This document shows, one piece after another, positions 1 to 10,172 of a stretch of DNA of 64,000 nt (its first letter is position 1; the number at the start of each line of letters is the position of its first letter). Source of the DNA: a bacterium (GTDB lineage: Bacteria; Auribacterota; UBA3054; JAPLST01); contig JAOACZ010000128.1 in assembly GCA_026417575.1 (NCBI GenBank), forward strand, positions 5,127 through 69,126, given 5' to 3'. The position numbers and the translations under genes are program-made. The notes beneath the pieces were generated by a model, which ran no database searches, was not told the origin of the DNA, and saw only the letters and a program-made list of their open reading frames with translations.

Positions 1-350
1 ATAAGAAAGTTGGTCCAGAAGGGCACGATGGTGAGGAGTAAGAGCGCATTGCGCAGGCCCGGCGTCGCCCGCGCAATGTAGTATGCCATGGGAATAGACA
101 GCACCAGTGAGATTAAGGTGGCTGCCGCACTCAGCCAGATCGTGCGCCAGATAATTGCCGGGTAGTTGGGATTGGCCAGGTGGCGCAATGTCTCGAGTGT
201 CCAGCCTGGGCCGAGTCCGCCATACATGTCTGCTGGCTTAAAGGTCATGGCAAAGACGATCAACGTGGGAACACAGAATAAGACCGAGAGCCAAACAAAC
301 GATGGTGTGGTGACCAGAATTTCATGGAGAGTGCGGCGAGAGGGAGCCAT
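1..350 (-). CDS. potB: Polyamine (spermidine/putrescine) ABC transporter permease, PotB-like. The start codon is at 350 and the gene runs off the window edge.
   Basis: Reverse-complement translation MAPSRRTLHEILVTTPSFVWLSVLFCVPTLIVFAMTFKPADMYGG...IVPFWTNFL shows a typical PotB N-terminus (TM segment plus the FWTNFL motif). It lies one nt upstream of the potA stop, so the two are co-transcribed. Confidence 0.6.
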   Translation of the reverse strand, partial: MAPSRRTLHEILVTTPSFVWLSVLFCVPTLIVFAMTFKPADMYGGLGPGWTLETLRHLANPNYPAIIWRTIWLSAAATLISLVLSIPMAYYIARATPGLRNALLLLTIVPFWTNFL

Positions 351-351
351 G

Positions 352-1536
352 TTATACCTCCGCTCGCGGCGGCGCTGGTACCGCGCCATTTTGGCCCACT
401 TCTTCGGGTGGAGTCTGGATCAGCAGTTCGTCAGCTTCGCTATAACGCTCGAGCATGTAGCCATCATCAGCGTGCCACCAAATCCAGACGTCATCTTTCC
501 AACGAATGGGTTGTTCGTCGAGGAGAAAGCGGCCATGTTGTTGCGAAATCGCCAGACGATATTCATCTACGCGCACCCAATACTTTGTGTGCGAGCCGAG
601 ATAGATAATGTCTTCCACATTCGCGGAGATGAGGTTATAGCGCCCGTCTAGCTGGGGGCGCTCGCGCGAGATACGGAACTTTTCTGGCCGCACACTGAGG
701 TAGACGAGGTCGTTGACCTTCATCTTTTTATCGTTGAAGCAGACCACAGAAGGGAATCCGTCAATCTGCATTAAAATGTAATCATCATTGATAATCTCGG
801 CTACGCGCCCCTCGAAGAAGTTGGTGTCGCCGATGAAGGCGGCTACAAAACTACTGCGCGGCGCTTCGTACACTTCTGCGGGGGTACCGAGCTGCTCAAT
901 GCGGCCCTGGTTCATCACGGCGATGCGATCACTCAAACTCATCGCTTCGCCTTGGTCGTGTGTGACGTAGAGGAAGGTGATACCGACCTGGTCGTGGATG
1001 AGATCGAGTTCGATCAGCATGCGCTGGCGCAGCTTGAGATCTAGCGCAGCCAGGGGCTCGTCGAGAAGAAGCACGCTGGGTTTGTTGATCAGGGCGCGGG
1101 CGATGGCAACACGTTGTTTCTGCCCGCCGCTAATCTGGTGGGGTTTTTTGTGGGCGTGTTCTTCCATTTGGATGAGCGCGAGCATGCGTTCTACTTCATT
1201 GAAAATTTCGCGGCGTGGCCGCTTGGCGACGCGCAGGCCAAAGGCAATGTTTTCCCAGACCGAGAGGTGGGGAAAGAGGGCGTAGTTTTGGAAGATGGTA
1301 TTGACCTGACGGCGATTGGGCGGGAGATCGGTGATATCTACGCCATCGAGATAGATTCGTCCCGTGTCGGGTATTTCGAAGCCGCCGAGCATGCGAAGCA
1401 GGGTGGTTTTGCCGCAACCACTCGGGCCGAGAAGTGAAAAGAATTCGCCACGGCGCACGCCCAGGGAGACATGATCCACGGCGCGTAAACGGCCAAAGGT
1501 TTTGGACACGTCAACAAATTCGAGGAACTCCGCCAT
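352..1536 (-). CDS. potA: ABC transporter ATP-binding protein, PotA/MalK type (polyamine/sugar importer ATPase with a C-terminal TOBE-like domain)
   Basis: 394-aa ORF carrying Walker A GPSGCGKTT, a Q-loop, the LSGGQKQRVAIARAL signature and Walker B LLLDEPLAALD, plus a C-terminal regulatory domain. It is immediately upstream of the potB-like permease. Confidence 0.8.
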   Translation of the reverse strand: MAEFLEFVDVSKTFGRLRAVDHVSLGVRRGEFFSLLGPSGCGKTTLLRMLGGFEIPDTGRIYLDGVDITDLPPNRRQVNTIFQNYALFPHLSVWENIAFGLRVAKRPRREIFNEVERMLALIQMEEHAHKKPHQISGGQKQRVAIARALINKPSVLLLDEPLAALDLKLRQRMLIELDLIHDQVGITFLYVTHDQGEAMSLSDRIAVMNQGRIEQLGTPAEVYEAPRSSFVAAFIGDTNFFEGRVAEIINDDYILMQIDGFPSVVCFNDKKMKVNDLVYLSVRPEKFRISRERPQLDGRYNLISANVEDIIYLGSHTKYWVRVDEYRLAISQQHGRFLLDEQPIRWKDDVWIWWHADDGYMLERYSEADELLIQTPPEEVGQNGAVPAPPRAEV

Positions 1537-1564
1537 GTACGTGCTGCAGGTTCCGTACGGGTAC

Positions 1565-1656
<92 letters not shown>

Positions 1657-1706
1657 CGCCGTTCTGCGGGAGCGCCGCCGCGCCGGCGCCCACAGCCCAA
1701 AACACA

Positions 1707-1782
<76 letters not shown>

Positions 1783-2389
1783 ACGCGCGCTCGTCAAGCG
1801 TTGTCCACTACAAGAAATGCATTGTAGCAAAAAGCGACGGTGCTGTCAAAGTCCAAAAGTGCGTAGCTGGTGTTTTTTTGCCGTGAACCGATGAGCACTA
1901 GCGATGTGCGTACTGATAAGTTCCGTGGCGCTTTCCTCGAGCAGGCTTGAAGTGAAGCGTTCTTTAGTACTCCCACGTGCATGCTACCCGTGTTGAATCC
2001 GCGCAGTCCATGTTCCTCAGGCGAGACGGCGCGAGGCGTGGAAGGCAGTACATTACCTGAAACGCGTTCATTCGTATGGCACGGATGGACCATCACCGGC
2101 ATCGCTTGCTCACCCAGCTGGGCGAAGAGTTCGTCCGCCCAAGCGACGTGCTGGTGAAGATTTCAATCGGCTGGTGAAATAAACATGCGTTCGTGTTTGA
2201 GATTCGCGGGGGTGTAAGGTTGCGCACGGAAAAAAAGTGCGCCAACGCGCGGGTCGTTCCCAGCACCATTCAAGTGCGGGCACTGAGGTTCTGGAGACGG
2301 CTGGTGTGACTGCCGCGTGCTCTCCGCAGAGCTCGCTTCGAGAGTCTTGCCGCAGAAGCGCGCGGGTTCCGCTACATCTTGGGGGGACT

Positions 2390-2418
2390 TGATTTTTGAA
2401 CCACAATGTGCTACACTA
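2390..2418 (+). promoter_or_regulatory. Candidate sigma70-type promoter (TTGATT-N17-TACACT)
   Basis: The -35 hexamer is at 2390-2395, followed by a 17-nt spacer and the -10 hexamer at 2413-2418. It lies about 230 nt upstream of the xerD start, in a coding-free stretch. Confidence 0.3.
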
Positions 2419-2537
2419 TACGCACGATGGCGAGCGAGATGCGGCATCCTTAGATGGATACACGACAAACAGCAAGTCCCTCCTCCACAAACCGATATCC
2501 ATGGCCGCATCTCAACGCTCAACATCATTCAGCCACC

Positions 2538-2585
2538 GCGGCTGGGAACGTCACCCCCAGGACAAGTACCAGCCGCTTTTTATTT
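2538..2585 (+). terminator. Candidate rho-independent terminator, or an attenuator/leader structure
   Basis: Inverted repeat GCGGCTGG (2538-2545) pairs with CCAGCCGC (2569-2576). An inner CTGGG/CCCAG pairing is also possible. The stem is followed directly by TTTTTATTTCTT. Confidence 0.4.
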
Positions 2586-2645
2586 CTTCGTGACGCGCGC
2601 TACCGCGCTTCACGCTCATGACGTCTCGCAGGCGAGCGCTTTCGC

Positions 2646-3569
2646 ATGCCAACGCCCGCTCACGAAAATCCGCTCCACACCGCAGTTCGCCAGTTCGTCC
2701 TTCATCTTCAGCTCGAACGTGGGTTGGCGCGCAACACCTGCCTGGCTTACGAAAACGATGTGCGGCTCTTCGGCGCGTTTCTGGCCCGGCATGGTATCAA
2801 TGCCTGGCACGAGGTCACACCTGCACATATTACTGACTTTCTCACCGAGCGCCATGCTCTCCGGCGTAGCGTGAATACTGTTTTGCGCGAGTTAATTGCC
2901 TTGCGCGTGTTCTTCCGATATCTGGTGCAAGAGAGAACGGTTCAGGAGGACGTGACCGCACGCGTGGAAGCACCTAAAGTGTGGCGTCTATTGCCAGAGG
3001 TGCTGAGCGAAGGGGAGATGCAACAGCTTCTGACAGCGCCGGATGAGCGCACGTGGCGTGGAGCGCGAGACAAAGCCATGCTTGAGTTGTTGTACGCGAC
3101 GGGTCTGCGGGTGAGTGAACTTGTGACCCTACGACTAGGTGACGTGGATTTGGAGAGCGGATTCTTGCGGTGTCGCGGGAAAGGCGGAAAAGAGCGTGTG
3201 GTTCCGATTGGCGCGCCGGCACGTGCGGCGCTGCGAGCTTACCTGTCATGGCGCGGATCGGGAGCGGGAGCCGAACCCCTTTTTTGTACCTCACGGCATA
3301 CAGCCATGACGCGTGTGAACTTTTGGAAACGCATTACTCAGTATGCAAAAAGGGCTGGGATTCTCAAGGCCGCGCATCCACACATCGTGCGCCATTCCTT
3401 TGCCACGCACTTACTTATGCATGGCGCTGACTTACGCGTGGTACAGGAGCTTCTCGGGCACGCAAACATCACGACCACGCAACGATACACGCACGTGGAC
3501 CATCAACGTTTACGCGCTGTGCATCGCCAATTCCATCCCCGTGCGCGCTTGCCGCGCGGTGAGGTATGA
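2646..3569 (+). CDS. xerD: Tyrosine site-specific recombinase XerD/XerC
   Basis: 307 aa with the catalytic RHR triad context (ATGLRVSEL, HIVRHSFATHLL) and a C-terminal LLGHANITTTQRYTHV motif carrying the Tyr nucleophile. The N-terminal core-binding domain reads ERGLARNTCLAYENDVRLF. Confidence 0.85.
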   Translation: MPTPAHENPLHTAVRQFVLHLQLERGLARNTCLAYENDVRLFGAFLARHGINAWHEVTPAHITDFLTERHALRRSVNTVLRELIALRVFFRYLVQERTVQEDVTARVEAPKVWRLLPEVLSEGEMQQLLTAPDERTWRGARDKAMLELLYATGLRVSELVTLRLGDVDLESGFLRCRGKGGKERVVPIGAPARAALRAYLSWRGSGAGAEPLFCTSRHTAMTRVNFWKRITQYAKRAGILKAAHPHIVRHSFATHLLMHGADLRVVQELLGHANITTTQRYTHVDHQRLRAVHRQFHPRARLPRGEV

Positions 3570-3679
3570 GGGAAAGGCAAGCCCTCGTCAGCGAGTGTTT
3601 TGACACAGATGCGAACGTCGGGACAATGCCTCGTGGCGAAATGAACATTTGTCGTGAGGGTGGGAAAGGTGCCTTGGAT

Positions 3680-4759
3680 TCATTGATTTTTGACGACGTC
3701 ACTGAACGTTCTCTTTTTCAGGCCGTGATGGGCGACGGGGTCGGAAGCAAGAGGAACGCGTGTTGCAGCTACCATGGCCACCACGTTAGCAGGTTGCGTG
3801 TTTGGGAGCATGGCTTTGTGGCTGGGACCCACAATGATGCGTTCAGCACACGCACGCCGGAGCTCGCGCAGCGCTGCCGTGACCTCGGCAGATGTGGAAT
3901 GAACCAGCAGATCCTGCGTGTCCACCCCGCCCATAAAGACAAGCCGCGAGCCAAAGCGGGCGGCCTGGTCGGCGGGAACCATCCCCTTGGCACGTGTTAG
4001 CATGTGACGCTGGCAATCCACACCAGCTGCAGTCGGCTCGTCAATGTGTTCGCTGATAGCGCCGCATGAGTGCGGGGCTAAGACATACCCGTGCGCGTGT
4101 GCTTGTGCGGCAAATCGCGCATTCCAGGGGCGGAAGAAGGCGCGAAACACCGCGGGTGACATTAATAACCCAGTTTGCGTGCCGAAATCATTGCCCATGA
4201 AGCTGGCATCCATGCGCACCAGCTGCGCGATAGAACAGTTCGTTGACATCGCAGTAGAAACTGCACATTCGCTCGAGCGCCGCGTTCACCACGTCTGGCG
4301 CGAGGAGGAGCAAGGAGAGCAAATCTTCCGTGCCAAACAAATAGCACAGGTCATGAAAGAACGGTGTCCAGAGGCCACTCATGCGATAGTAGGGCCCGCA
4401 GGCGTCGAGGTGGGCAGGCGTCTCGTTAAAGTCGAGGTAACGAGCGTCAGGGAACGGCAGGTATCAACATCACCACGGTAGCGGGCAAAAGCCCTTTGCG
4501 CGCTAAGCCGTGGGAGGGTAGCTTCTCACCAGGGGCGCATGCTCATACCGGCGGGGTGGCTATACGTGGAAGCAAAGTGCTGCGGGCCGATCCAGCACAC
4601 GTTATCGCCCAGAAATTGCAGAAGTTCTTCGAGCGAGGTGCTGCCGAGCACGGTATGAAGCGTGGCTTGGATTTCTTGGGGAGGGCACCCGAGCCAGAAA
4701 GCGCAACGCTCCACCGGCACGCCAGCGATGAGGGCGTGCACGCGCGCACGGGGCGTCAC
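3680..4759 (-). pseudogene. Disrupted uroporphyrinogen-decarboxylase (URO-D)/MtaA-family gene, split over three reading frames
   Basis: Three successive minus-strand ORFs in different frames (4526-4759, 4188-4382, 3680-4249) together read like the N-terminal, middle and C-terminal parts of one URO-D-fold protein (WLGCPP...; LAPDVV...; FRPW...HSCG...GNDF). That pattern implies at least two frameshifts. Confidence 0.55.
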
Positions 4760-4801
4760 GCGAGTCCTCCTACCGAGCCCCGCTGCAGCGCGGAGATTTC
4801 C

Positions 4802-5691
4802 TCACGCCAGTGACAGGAGGGGATCGTGTCGGGCTTGGTGAGCGAGAGCGTAGCCGCCGCGTGCTCGAGGCGCAATGCCGCCGCCAACTCCATGCTTTCC
4901 GCAAGACCACCCCGATAGGCCGCCGGTAAACGCATCGCCAGCACCCACGGTATCTACCGCGATCAGGGGCCAGGTCGGCACGCTCACCGGCAACATGGAC
5001 ATGCTCTTGTAGCCACAACGGCCTGCCGCGTCTTGTGTGGTAACCACCGCCCGGCATCCAAGCGCCTGCAAGCGCCGCATCGCGGTCACCAAATCATCCC
5101 CCGACATACCCGCGCACACTACTGTTTCCGTTTCGTTCGGCGTGATGATATGAGCGCATGACAGATCACAAGTGGAGAGATCATGAGCAGGTGCAGGATT
5201 AAAGATCGTTTGCGCGCCGCACACCTCACCTAAACGCATTGCTGCCAGTGCGGCTCGAGATGAGTGTCAAGCTGCGTGATGATGACCACAGCATGCTCAA
5301 ACAGCTCACGCTGCGCCGCCAGATCATCCGGTGTCAGCGCACTATTTGCGCCCGATGACGGCAATGGGATTGTGCCGTTCGGTGTCCACGATGATGAAGC
5401 CCACACCAGTAGGTAAGTCTGCATGACGTTGCACGCCGCGAGTGGCTATACCTTCGTCGGCCATCAAGCGAAGCATGGCGTCCCCGTAGGCATCGTTGCC
5501 TACCGCGGCAATAATGCAGTGGATGCGCCCAGACGTGCTGCTTGTGAAGCCTGGTTAGATCACTTGCCGCCAAGCACGGCGCGAAATGAATTTCCAATAA
5601 CGGTTTTGCCGCTCACCGGCAGGCGTGGTATTTGGATGACTAGGTCCGTTGCATAGCTGCCCACGACGAGGATGCGTGCAGAAGAGGACAT
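4802..5691 (-). pseudogene. Disrupted PfkB-family carbohydrate kinase (ribokinase-like)
   Basis: The N-terminal segment from the ATG at 5691 reads MSSSARILVVGSYATDLV...AVLGGK, then hits an in-frame TGA inside the canonical GGKGANQA motif (GGK*SNQA). Downstream pieces in other frames carry ITPNETE and the second signature VDTVGAGDAFTGG (ORF 4802-5239). Confidence 0.65.
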
Positions 5692-5866
5692 AAAGCAGCT
5701 CATTTACAGCTTACTGCAGCGCACGGGAAAGCTCACTCCAGTTGCTTAGCATGCGCGTTACCCAGCGCATGTGAGCGGAGGACAGGGCGGGAGACAACGG
5801 CATCAAGATCGCCGAGCGGCTGCGCAGGCGCCATATACTCCCGCCGCTGCCGGTGCGTCGCACACA

Positions 5867-8800
5867 TCAGCGTAACTCCACGTCCACGCGGGCCACCTCA
5901 CCTGTGCGCAAGCGCAGAGCAAGCTCAGTTGGTAGCCAGGGGCCCGCCACCGTGCAGGTGCTACCGTCGCGCATGCGGACGTGATACGTTGCCGGCGTAA
6001 CGGCGCGGGGCCCGAAAGTCGCGCGTCGTTGCGGATTGTGATAGACGAGGAGCGTGCCACCCAGAATGACGAACGCGCAGGCGTGCGCAGGAATCGTCAC
6101 CGTTTGCCTGCCCTCTAACGATTCCCACGTGCGCGTGACGGCGCGCCGCGTAAACAATTCCGCAGGAAGAATCGGTTGGAAACGCGCACGCAGCGCCCCT
6201 TGTGCGTCCAGAGAAAATATCCGCGCCGCGCCGCTCAGCTCTAACCACATACTGATGAACTCTACCGTTGCCCCGCTCAAGCGCGCGTAGAAACCGGTAC
6301 CATGAATGCGCCGATCTTCGTGCGCACTGCTGGCGATGAACGACGCATGCTCAAGCGGACTACGCCCGTAGCGCTGCGGCGGCTGGTAGGGCACAAGCGC
6401 GTCACGCGCCACAGCAAAAAATTGCTCGTATAGACCAGCGCGGAGCAGTGCAAAGAAATACTTGTACTCCATGTGCATCCACACGGATTGATTTTCGAGC
6501 CAGCCGGGCGGAAAGATATTTGCGCGGCCGATCTCCTGTGTGATCCGCGCCAACGGCGCGTTGAGCACGAACATGCGCAAGGTGCGGTCGTAGAGCGGGC
6601 TGCGAAGCACAGCTCGATGCAGCGCACGTGCTGCCGCGGGTCCCTCCAGCACATACATTACGCGCACCTGCGGCTCAAGAAACGGCGGCAAGGTTACGCG
6701 CGTGAACGACTCAGGCCAGACACACGGATGCCCGTCATGCCGACGCGGCGCACCGTCTGGGCCAGGGAGGACGCGGTACTGCGTCACGTTATAGAAAAAA
6801 TATCCGTGGTACAAGCCAGTGCGCTCGTCTCGGGCGCGGCGAATGGCACTCTGCAGCACCGTTTCCCACATTGCAAGCGTTTCTTGCAATTCATCCATGG
6901 TAATCGTTGTCGTCGCGCCGTCAACGCCGAGCCGCGTGTCAGTCAAGTAACGCTCCAGAGCGTCGTTACGCGCATGCCAGCGCGCGAGCGCTGTAGCGGA
7001 CGCATCCCACGAGGCTCTGAGATCGCGCACCAACTCTGCCAGTTCCACGCAACAGCTAATTCCACCGTGCGCCGGCAGGTGCGCGTGCAAAAACCGCACC
7101 AAGCGGAGTAATTCAGCCGTCTCGTTAATTGAAGAGCCGATAAGCCCCGGGAGGCCATTGAGGGCGTCGTTCCACCCCGGCCTGTTGCCACGCATTTCCA
7201 GCCCAAGTTCTTCAGGATCAAGCAAAGCCATCTTCACCGCTACCACGGAGAGAATCTTCTCGGACAACGTGGTGCGGTAGACCACGCCCTTGCCGTGCTC
7301 GGTGCGGACGCATGTCGGATCGTCTCGCCGCGCTGCAATTAACGCAGCTTTCTCAGGGTCGCGGGTGAGGGCATTGTGTTGGCGCACCACGCCACGCGCT
7401 TCGTCCAGGGTAAACCGCGTGTCGCGCGGCAGCATTATTTCGGGATTATCGTGATACGTATAGCTGCAGTCTTTAAAGAGAGCTGCAGCGGCGTGATCAG
7501 GATACACGGCGAGGTAATTTTCGAGTAAATCGAGGCAGTAGACCCAATGGTCAGACCAGTAGCCGTCGCTCCCTCCGAAGCGATCCACGCGGCGTGCGTG
7601 CGCCAGTAGGGTTGCAAGGACCTGCGGCGGGGGAAGTTTCTCTTGTAGCGCTGCGCGGGCGAGCTCCCCTGGTGTCGTGAGTGCGCCGGCAAATTTTGTT
7701 GCAAGTGTGCGGAGCTGCGCAGGCAGCGCACGTGTAGGCAGATCTATTGGGAGCGCGAACGCGGTGCCAAGGTAGACCAACGGATTGTTGCCATCCAGCT
7801 GGAGCGCGTTAAAAAATGTGCGCACGTTGGTCAATTCCACCGGCGGATGAAAGAGCACATCAGCGCGGCGATTCTGATTGATGTCGCGATAATTCGCATT
7901 GCCCTGAGAGTAATAGGCTGGCTCGAGCGCGAACCAGTTGTAATCGCGTTCCATGTCGCCATGCTTGCGAAAATAGAGATGAAAAATTTGCCGCCCCAGT
8001 GACACAGGGAGGCCACCACGCAGGACATTATCCAAATATGTTTGGCGGCAGTAATAGTCGAAGGTTGGCTGGGATGTCACCGTCCACATGCGGTCTTCAA
8101 TTTGGGCGATCAGACGCGCATTTTCGTCGCGCTTTTTGGCAAGCCAGTCTGGTTTTGCGAGCAGGGTCCGCAACCGTGTTACGTCGCGCGGCGCAGCGAC
8201 ATTGCCAACACAACTGAACCAGGTGCAACTGCTTCCTGCAGGCAGGTTCCGCGCAAAGCAAGCAAACGCACATGGCATAAACCCACGCGAGCGGAGAGCT
8301 CCGCGCCGCACCCGCCCATCGCGTGCCACCCAGGCTTGCGGCATATGCAGATCTCCGCCCTCATCGAAAATCTCGCGCGGATCGCCAATCATCTGCACCT
8401 GCGGTTGCCCCGCGCCCGTCACCACCGTGGTCAAGTAGTTAAAGGTTGTGTTGAAATCCGGCGTGACGGTGTCATAGTGAATGACGCGTGCGCGACTCAC
8501 CAGTACTCCCGGCGCTGGCGTGAGCGTCTCAATCACCCCAGCCTCCGTGTTGCTCATGTGCACATAGTCAGCCACGCACACACTGCCGGGGACAAAGCGC
8601 GCCACACCGTCCGCAATACGTACCAGCCGTGCTCGCCGGCTCGTGTTGGTAAGTGTCACCCAGCGCACCAGGGCGCCCCACGGCATTTGCGGCAGGGTAA
8701 AGTAAAGCACATGCACCCGCCACCCTAGCGACGGGTTGTCATCTTCAATCTCCAGCTCATGTGCGCGCACCCACAGGGTCTGTCGCGCTCCTTTCGCTCC

Positions 8801-9130
8801 CACGCGGAAAGGCTCATACACCTCGCCCGCGCTCCAAATGAACGTGCGGAACCCTTCCACACTCACACGCTGGTACGCTGTGTTGGCCGGATGATATGCC
8901 AAAATCGCTCCGTCTTTGTCGCGTGTCCCACAACTAGTAATCGCCTGACCGCGATTGCAATAGAAGACCCACATGGGAATGCCGTGCTCGCCTGCAATGC
9001 CGGGAAGGAAACTGGCAAATGGCCGTGCCTGGTGGTAGTTGTGTTGGACAAATGTGCCGTCCTGAAGCAGCGCCGAGTGGAACGTCGTCGCACCGGGTTT
9101 CATGGAGAAGAGAATAATCGCTGTGAACAA
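5867..9130 (-). CDS. Large (1087-aa) glycoside hydrolase/phosphorylase-like protein, probably of the (alpha/alpha)6-barrel superfamily (GH94/GH65/GH15-like). The family assignment is uncertain.
   Basis: A long uninterrupted ORF with codon usage typical of the window. Internal motifs such as GWNDALNG and an aromatic-rich central region are reminiscent of six-hairpin glycosidases. The context (sugar operon nearby) is consistent with carbohydrate processing. Confidence 0.4.
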   Translation of the reverse strand: MFTAIILFSMKPGATTFHSALLQDGTFVQHNYHQARPFASFLPGIAGEHGIPMWVFYCNRGQAITSCGTRDKDGAILAYHPANTAYQRVSVEGFRTFIWSAGEVYEPFRVGAKGARQTLWVRAHELEIEDDNPSLGWRVHVLYFTLPQMPWGALVRWVTLTNTSRRARLVRIADGVARFVPGSVCVADYVHMSNTEAGVIETLTPAPGVLVSRARVIHYDTVTPDFNTTFNYLTTVVTGAGQPQVQMIGDPREIFDEGGDLHMPQAWVARDGRVRRGALRSRGFMPCAFACFARNLPAGSSCTWFSCVGNVAAPRDVTRLRTLLAKPDWLAKKRDENARLIAQIEDRMWTVTSQPTFDYYCRQTYLDNVLRGGLPVSLGRQIFHLYFRKHGDMERDYNWFALEPAYYSQGNANYRDINQNRRADVLFHPPVELTNVRTFFNALQLDGNNPLVYLGTAFALPIDLPTRALPAQLRTLATKFAGALTTPGELARAALQEKLPPPQVLATLLAHARRVDRFGGSDGYWSDHWVYCLDLLENYLAVYPDHAAAALFKDCSYTYHDNPEIMLPRDTRFTLDEARGVVRQHNALTRDPEKAALIAARRDDPTCVRTEHGKGVVYRTTLSEKILSVVAVKMALLDPEELGLEMRGNRPGWNDALNGLPGLIGSSINETAELLRLVRFLHAHLPAHGGISCCVELAELVRDLRASWDASATALARWHARNDALERYLTDTRLGVDGATTTITMDELQETLAMWETVLQSAIRRARDERTGLYHGYFFYNVTQYRVLPGPDGAPRRHDGHPCVWPESFTRVTLPPFLEPQVRVMYVLEGPAAARALHRAVLRSPLYDRTLRMFVLNAPLARITQEIGRANIFPPGWLENQSVWMHMEYKYFFALLRAGLYEQFFAVARDALVPYQPPQRYGRSPLEHASFIASSAHEDRRIHGTGFYARLSGATVEFISMWLELSGAARIFSLDAQGALRARFQPILPAELFTRRAVTRTWESLEGRQTVTIPAHACAFVILGGTLLVYHNPQRRATFGPRAVTPATYHVRMRDGSTCTVAGPWLPTELALRLRTGEVARVDVELR

Positions 9131-9373
9131 CGCCTTTTGGTTACATGACGCTTGGGCTGCGCTGCCAACGTGCGTGTGGGTGACGCAGCGAAATAGCTAA
9201 GTATAGTCCTTCCTGTCGTACAAGTCAAAAGGAGCGCGAACCACTAGGTCGGGCACGGTTGATTTCGCCACCGCAGCGACGGAAGTGATACAGCGCCACG
9301 AACATAAGCCCGCCGGGCCGGCATTCTCTCACAGGTGCAATACGTAAAAGCAGCCGTCACTGTGCGCAGTCAT

Positions 9374-9402
9374 TTGACGAAGTGCGATGAGTGTGATATA
9401 CT
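9374..9402 (+). promoter_or_regulatory. Candidate sigma70 promoter (TTGACG-N17-TATACT) for the MBL/photolyase-related operon
   Basis: The -35 hexamer is at 9374-9379 and the -10 at 9397-9402, about 40 nt upstream of the ATG at 9444. It sits in a 313-bp divergent intergenic region. Confidence 0.4.
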
Positions 9403-9443
9403 AGACTGGACAGTTACCATACTTACCCCACGAGTGTCCGACG

Positions 9444-10172
9444 ATGGATCGTTTCTTTTGGCTCGCTCCATGTGCTCTGCTTCCCTTTAGTGCCAACGCC
9501 GCAGCACCCTTCCCCAGCGATGACATCACCACATCAGTAGGTGTGGTGCGCATTTCGTTCCTGGGGCACGGCACCCTCATGCTCACGCATGGTCAAACGG
9601 TCATCCACGTGGATCCGTTTGGGCAGGTGGCTGATTACGCGTCGTTGCCCAAAGCCGATCTTATTCTCATTACACACGAACATTTCGACCATCTCGATCT
9701 GGCCGCAATCAAGAAAATTCGTACCGACAAAACGGCCATCATTGCTCCACCCATCTGTGCGAGCAGCCTGCCTGAAGCAATCCTGCTGCGCAACGGCGAG
9801 CACACCACCAAAGCCGGTATTGTCATCCACGCCGTGCCGGCGTACAACATCAAGCATGAACGTGCGCCTGGCAAACCGTTCCACCCACGCGGCGTGGGGA
9901 ACGGCTACATCCTCACCTTTGGTGACACTCGTCTTTACATCGCCGGTGATACGGAAAACACACCCGAAATGAAAGCTCTGACCAACATCACGGTCGCTTT
10001 TCTCCCAATGAACTTACCCTACACGATGACACCCGAAATGGTTGCCGACGCGGCGCGGGCATTCAAGCCAAAAATTCTCTATCCATATCATTACGGCGAT
10101 ACAGATCCAACACGGCTGACAAAGCTGCTGAAAGACACGGGCATTGAGGTGCGGATTCGCCCGATGCGATGA
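9444..10172 (+). CDS. MBL-fold metallo-hydrolase with a predicted signal peptide
   Basis: The HEHFDHLD (HxHxDH) metal-binding motif is followed by conserved downstream His/Asp residues. The N-terminus is hydrophobic. The gene overlaps the downstream gene by 4 nt (ATGA). Confidence 0.75.
   Translation: MDRFFWLAPCALLPFSANAAAPFPSDDITTSVGVVRISFLGHGTLMLTHGQTVIHVDPFGQVADYASLPKADLILITHEHFDHLDLAAIKKIRTDKTAIIAPPICASSLPEAILLRNGEHTTKAGIVIHAVPAYNIKHERAPGKPFHPRGVGNGYILTFGDTRLYIAGDTENTPEMKALTNITVAFLPMNLPYTMTPEMVADAARAFKPKILYPYHYGDTDPTRLTKLLKDTGIEVRIRPMR

Noticed and set aside
1785-2389. tmRNA, RNase P RNA or SRP RNA in the coding-poor stretch after the tRNAs
   Set aside because: The hallmark motifs (tmRNA tRNA-like end with resume tag, RNase P GGAAAGTCC/P4, SRP GGAAGCAGC) are absent. 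Only generic hairpins are present.
2317-2874. 185-aa plus-strand ORF overlapping the xerD start
   Set aside because: It is out of frame with xerD and has no conserved features. The xerD assignment explains the region.
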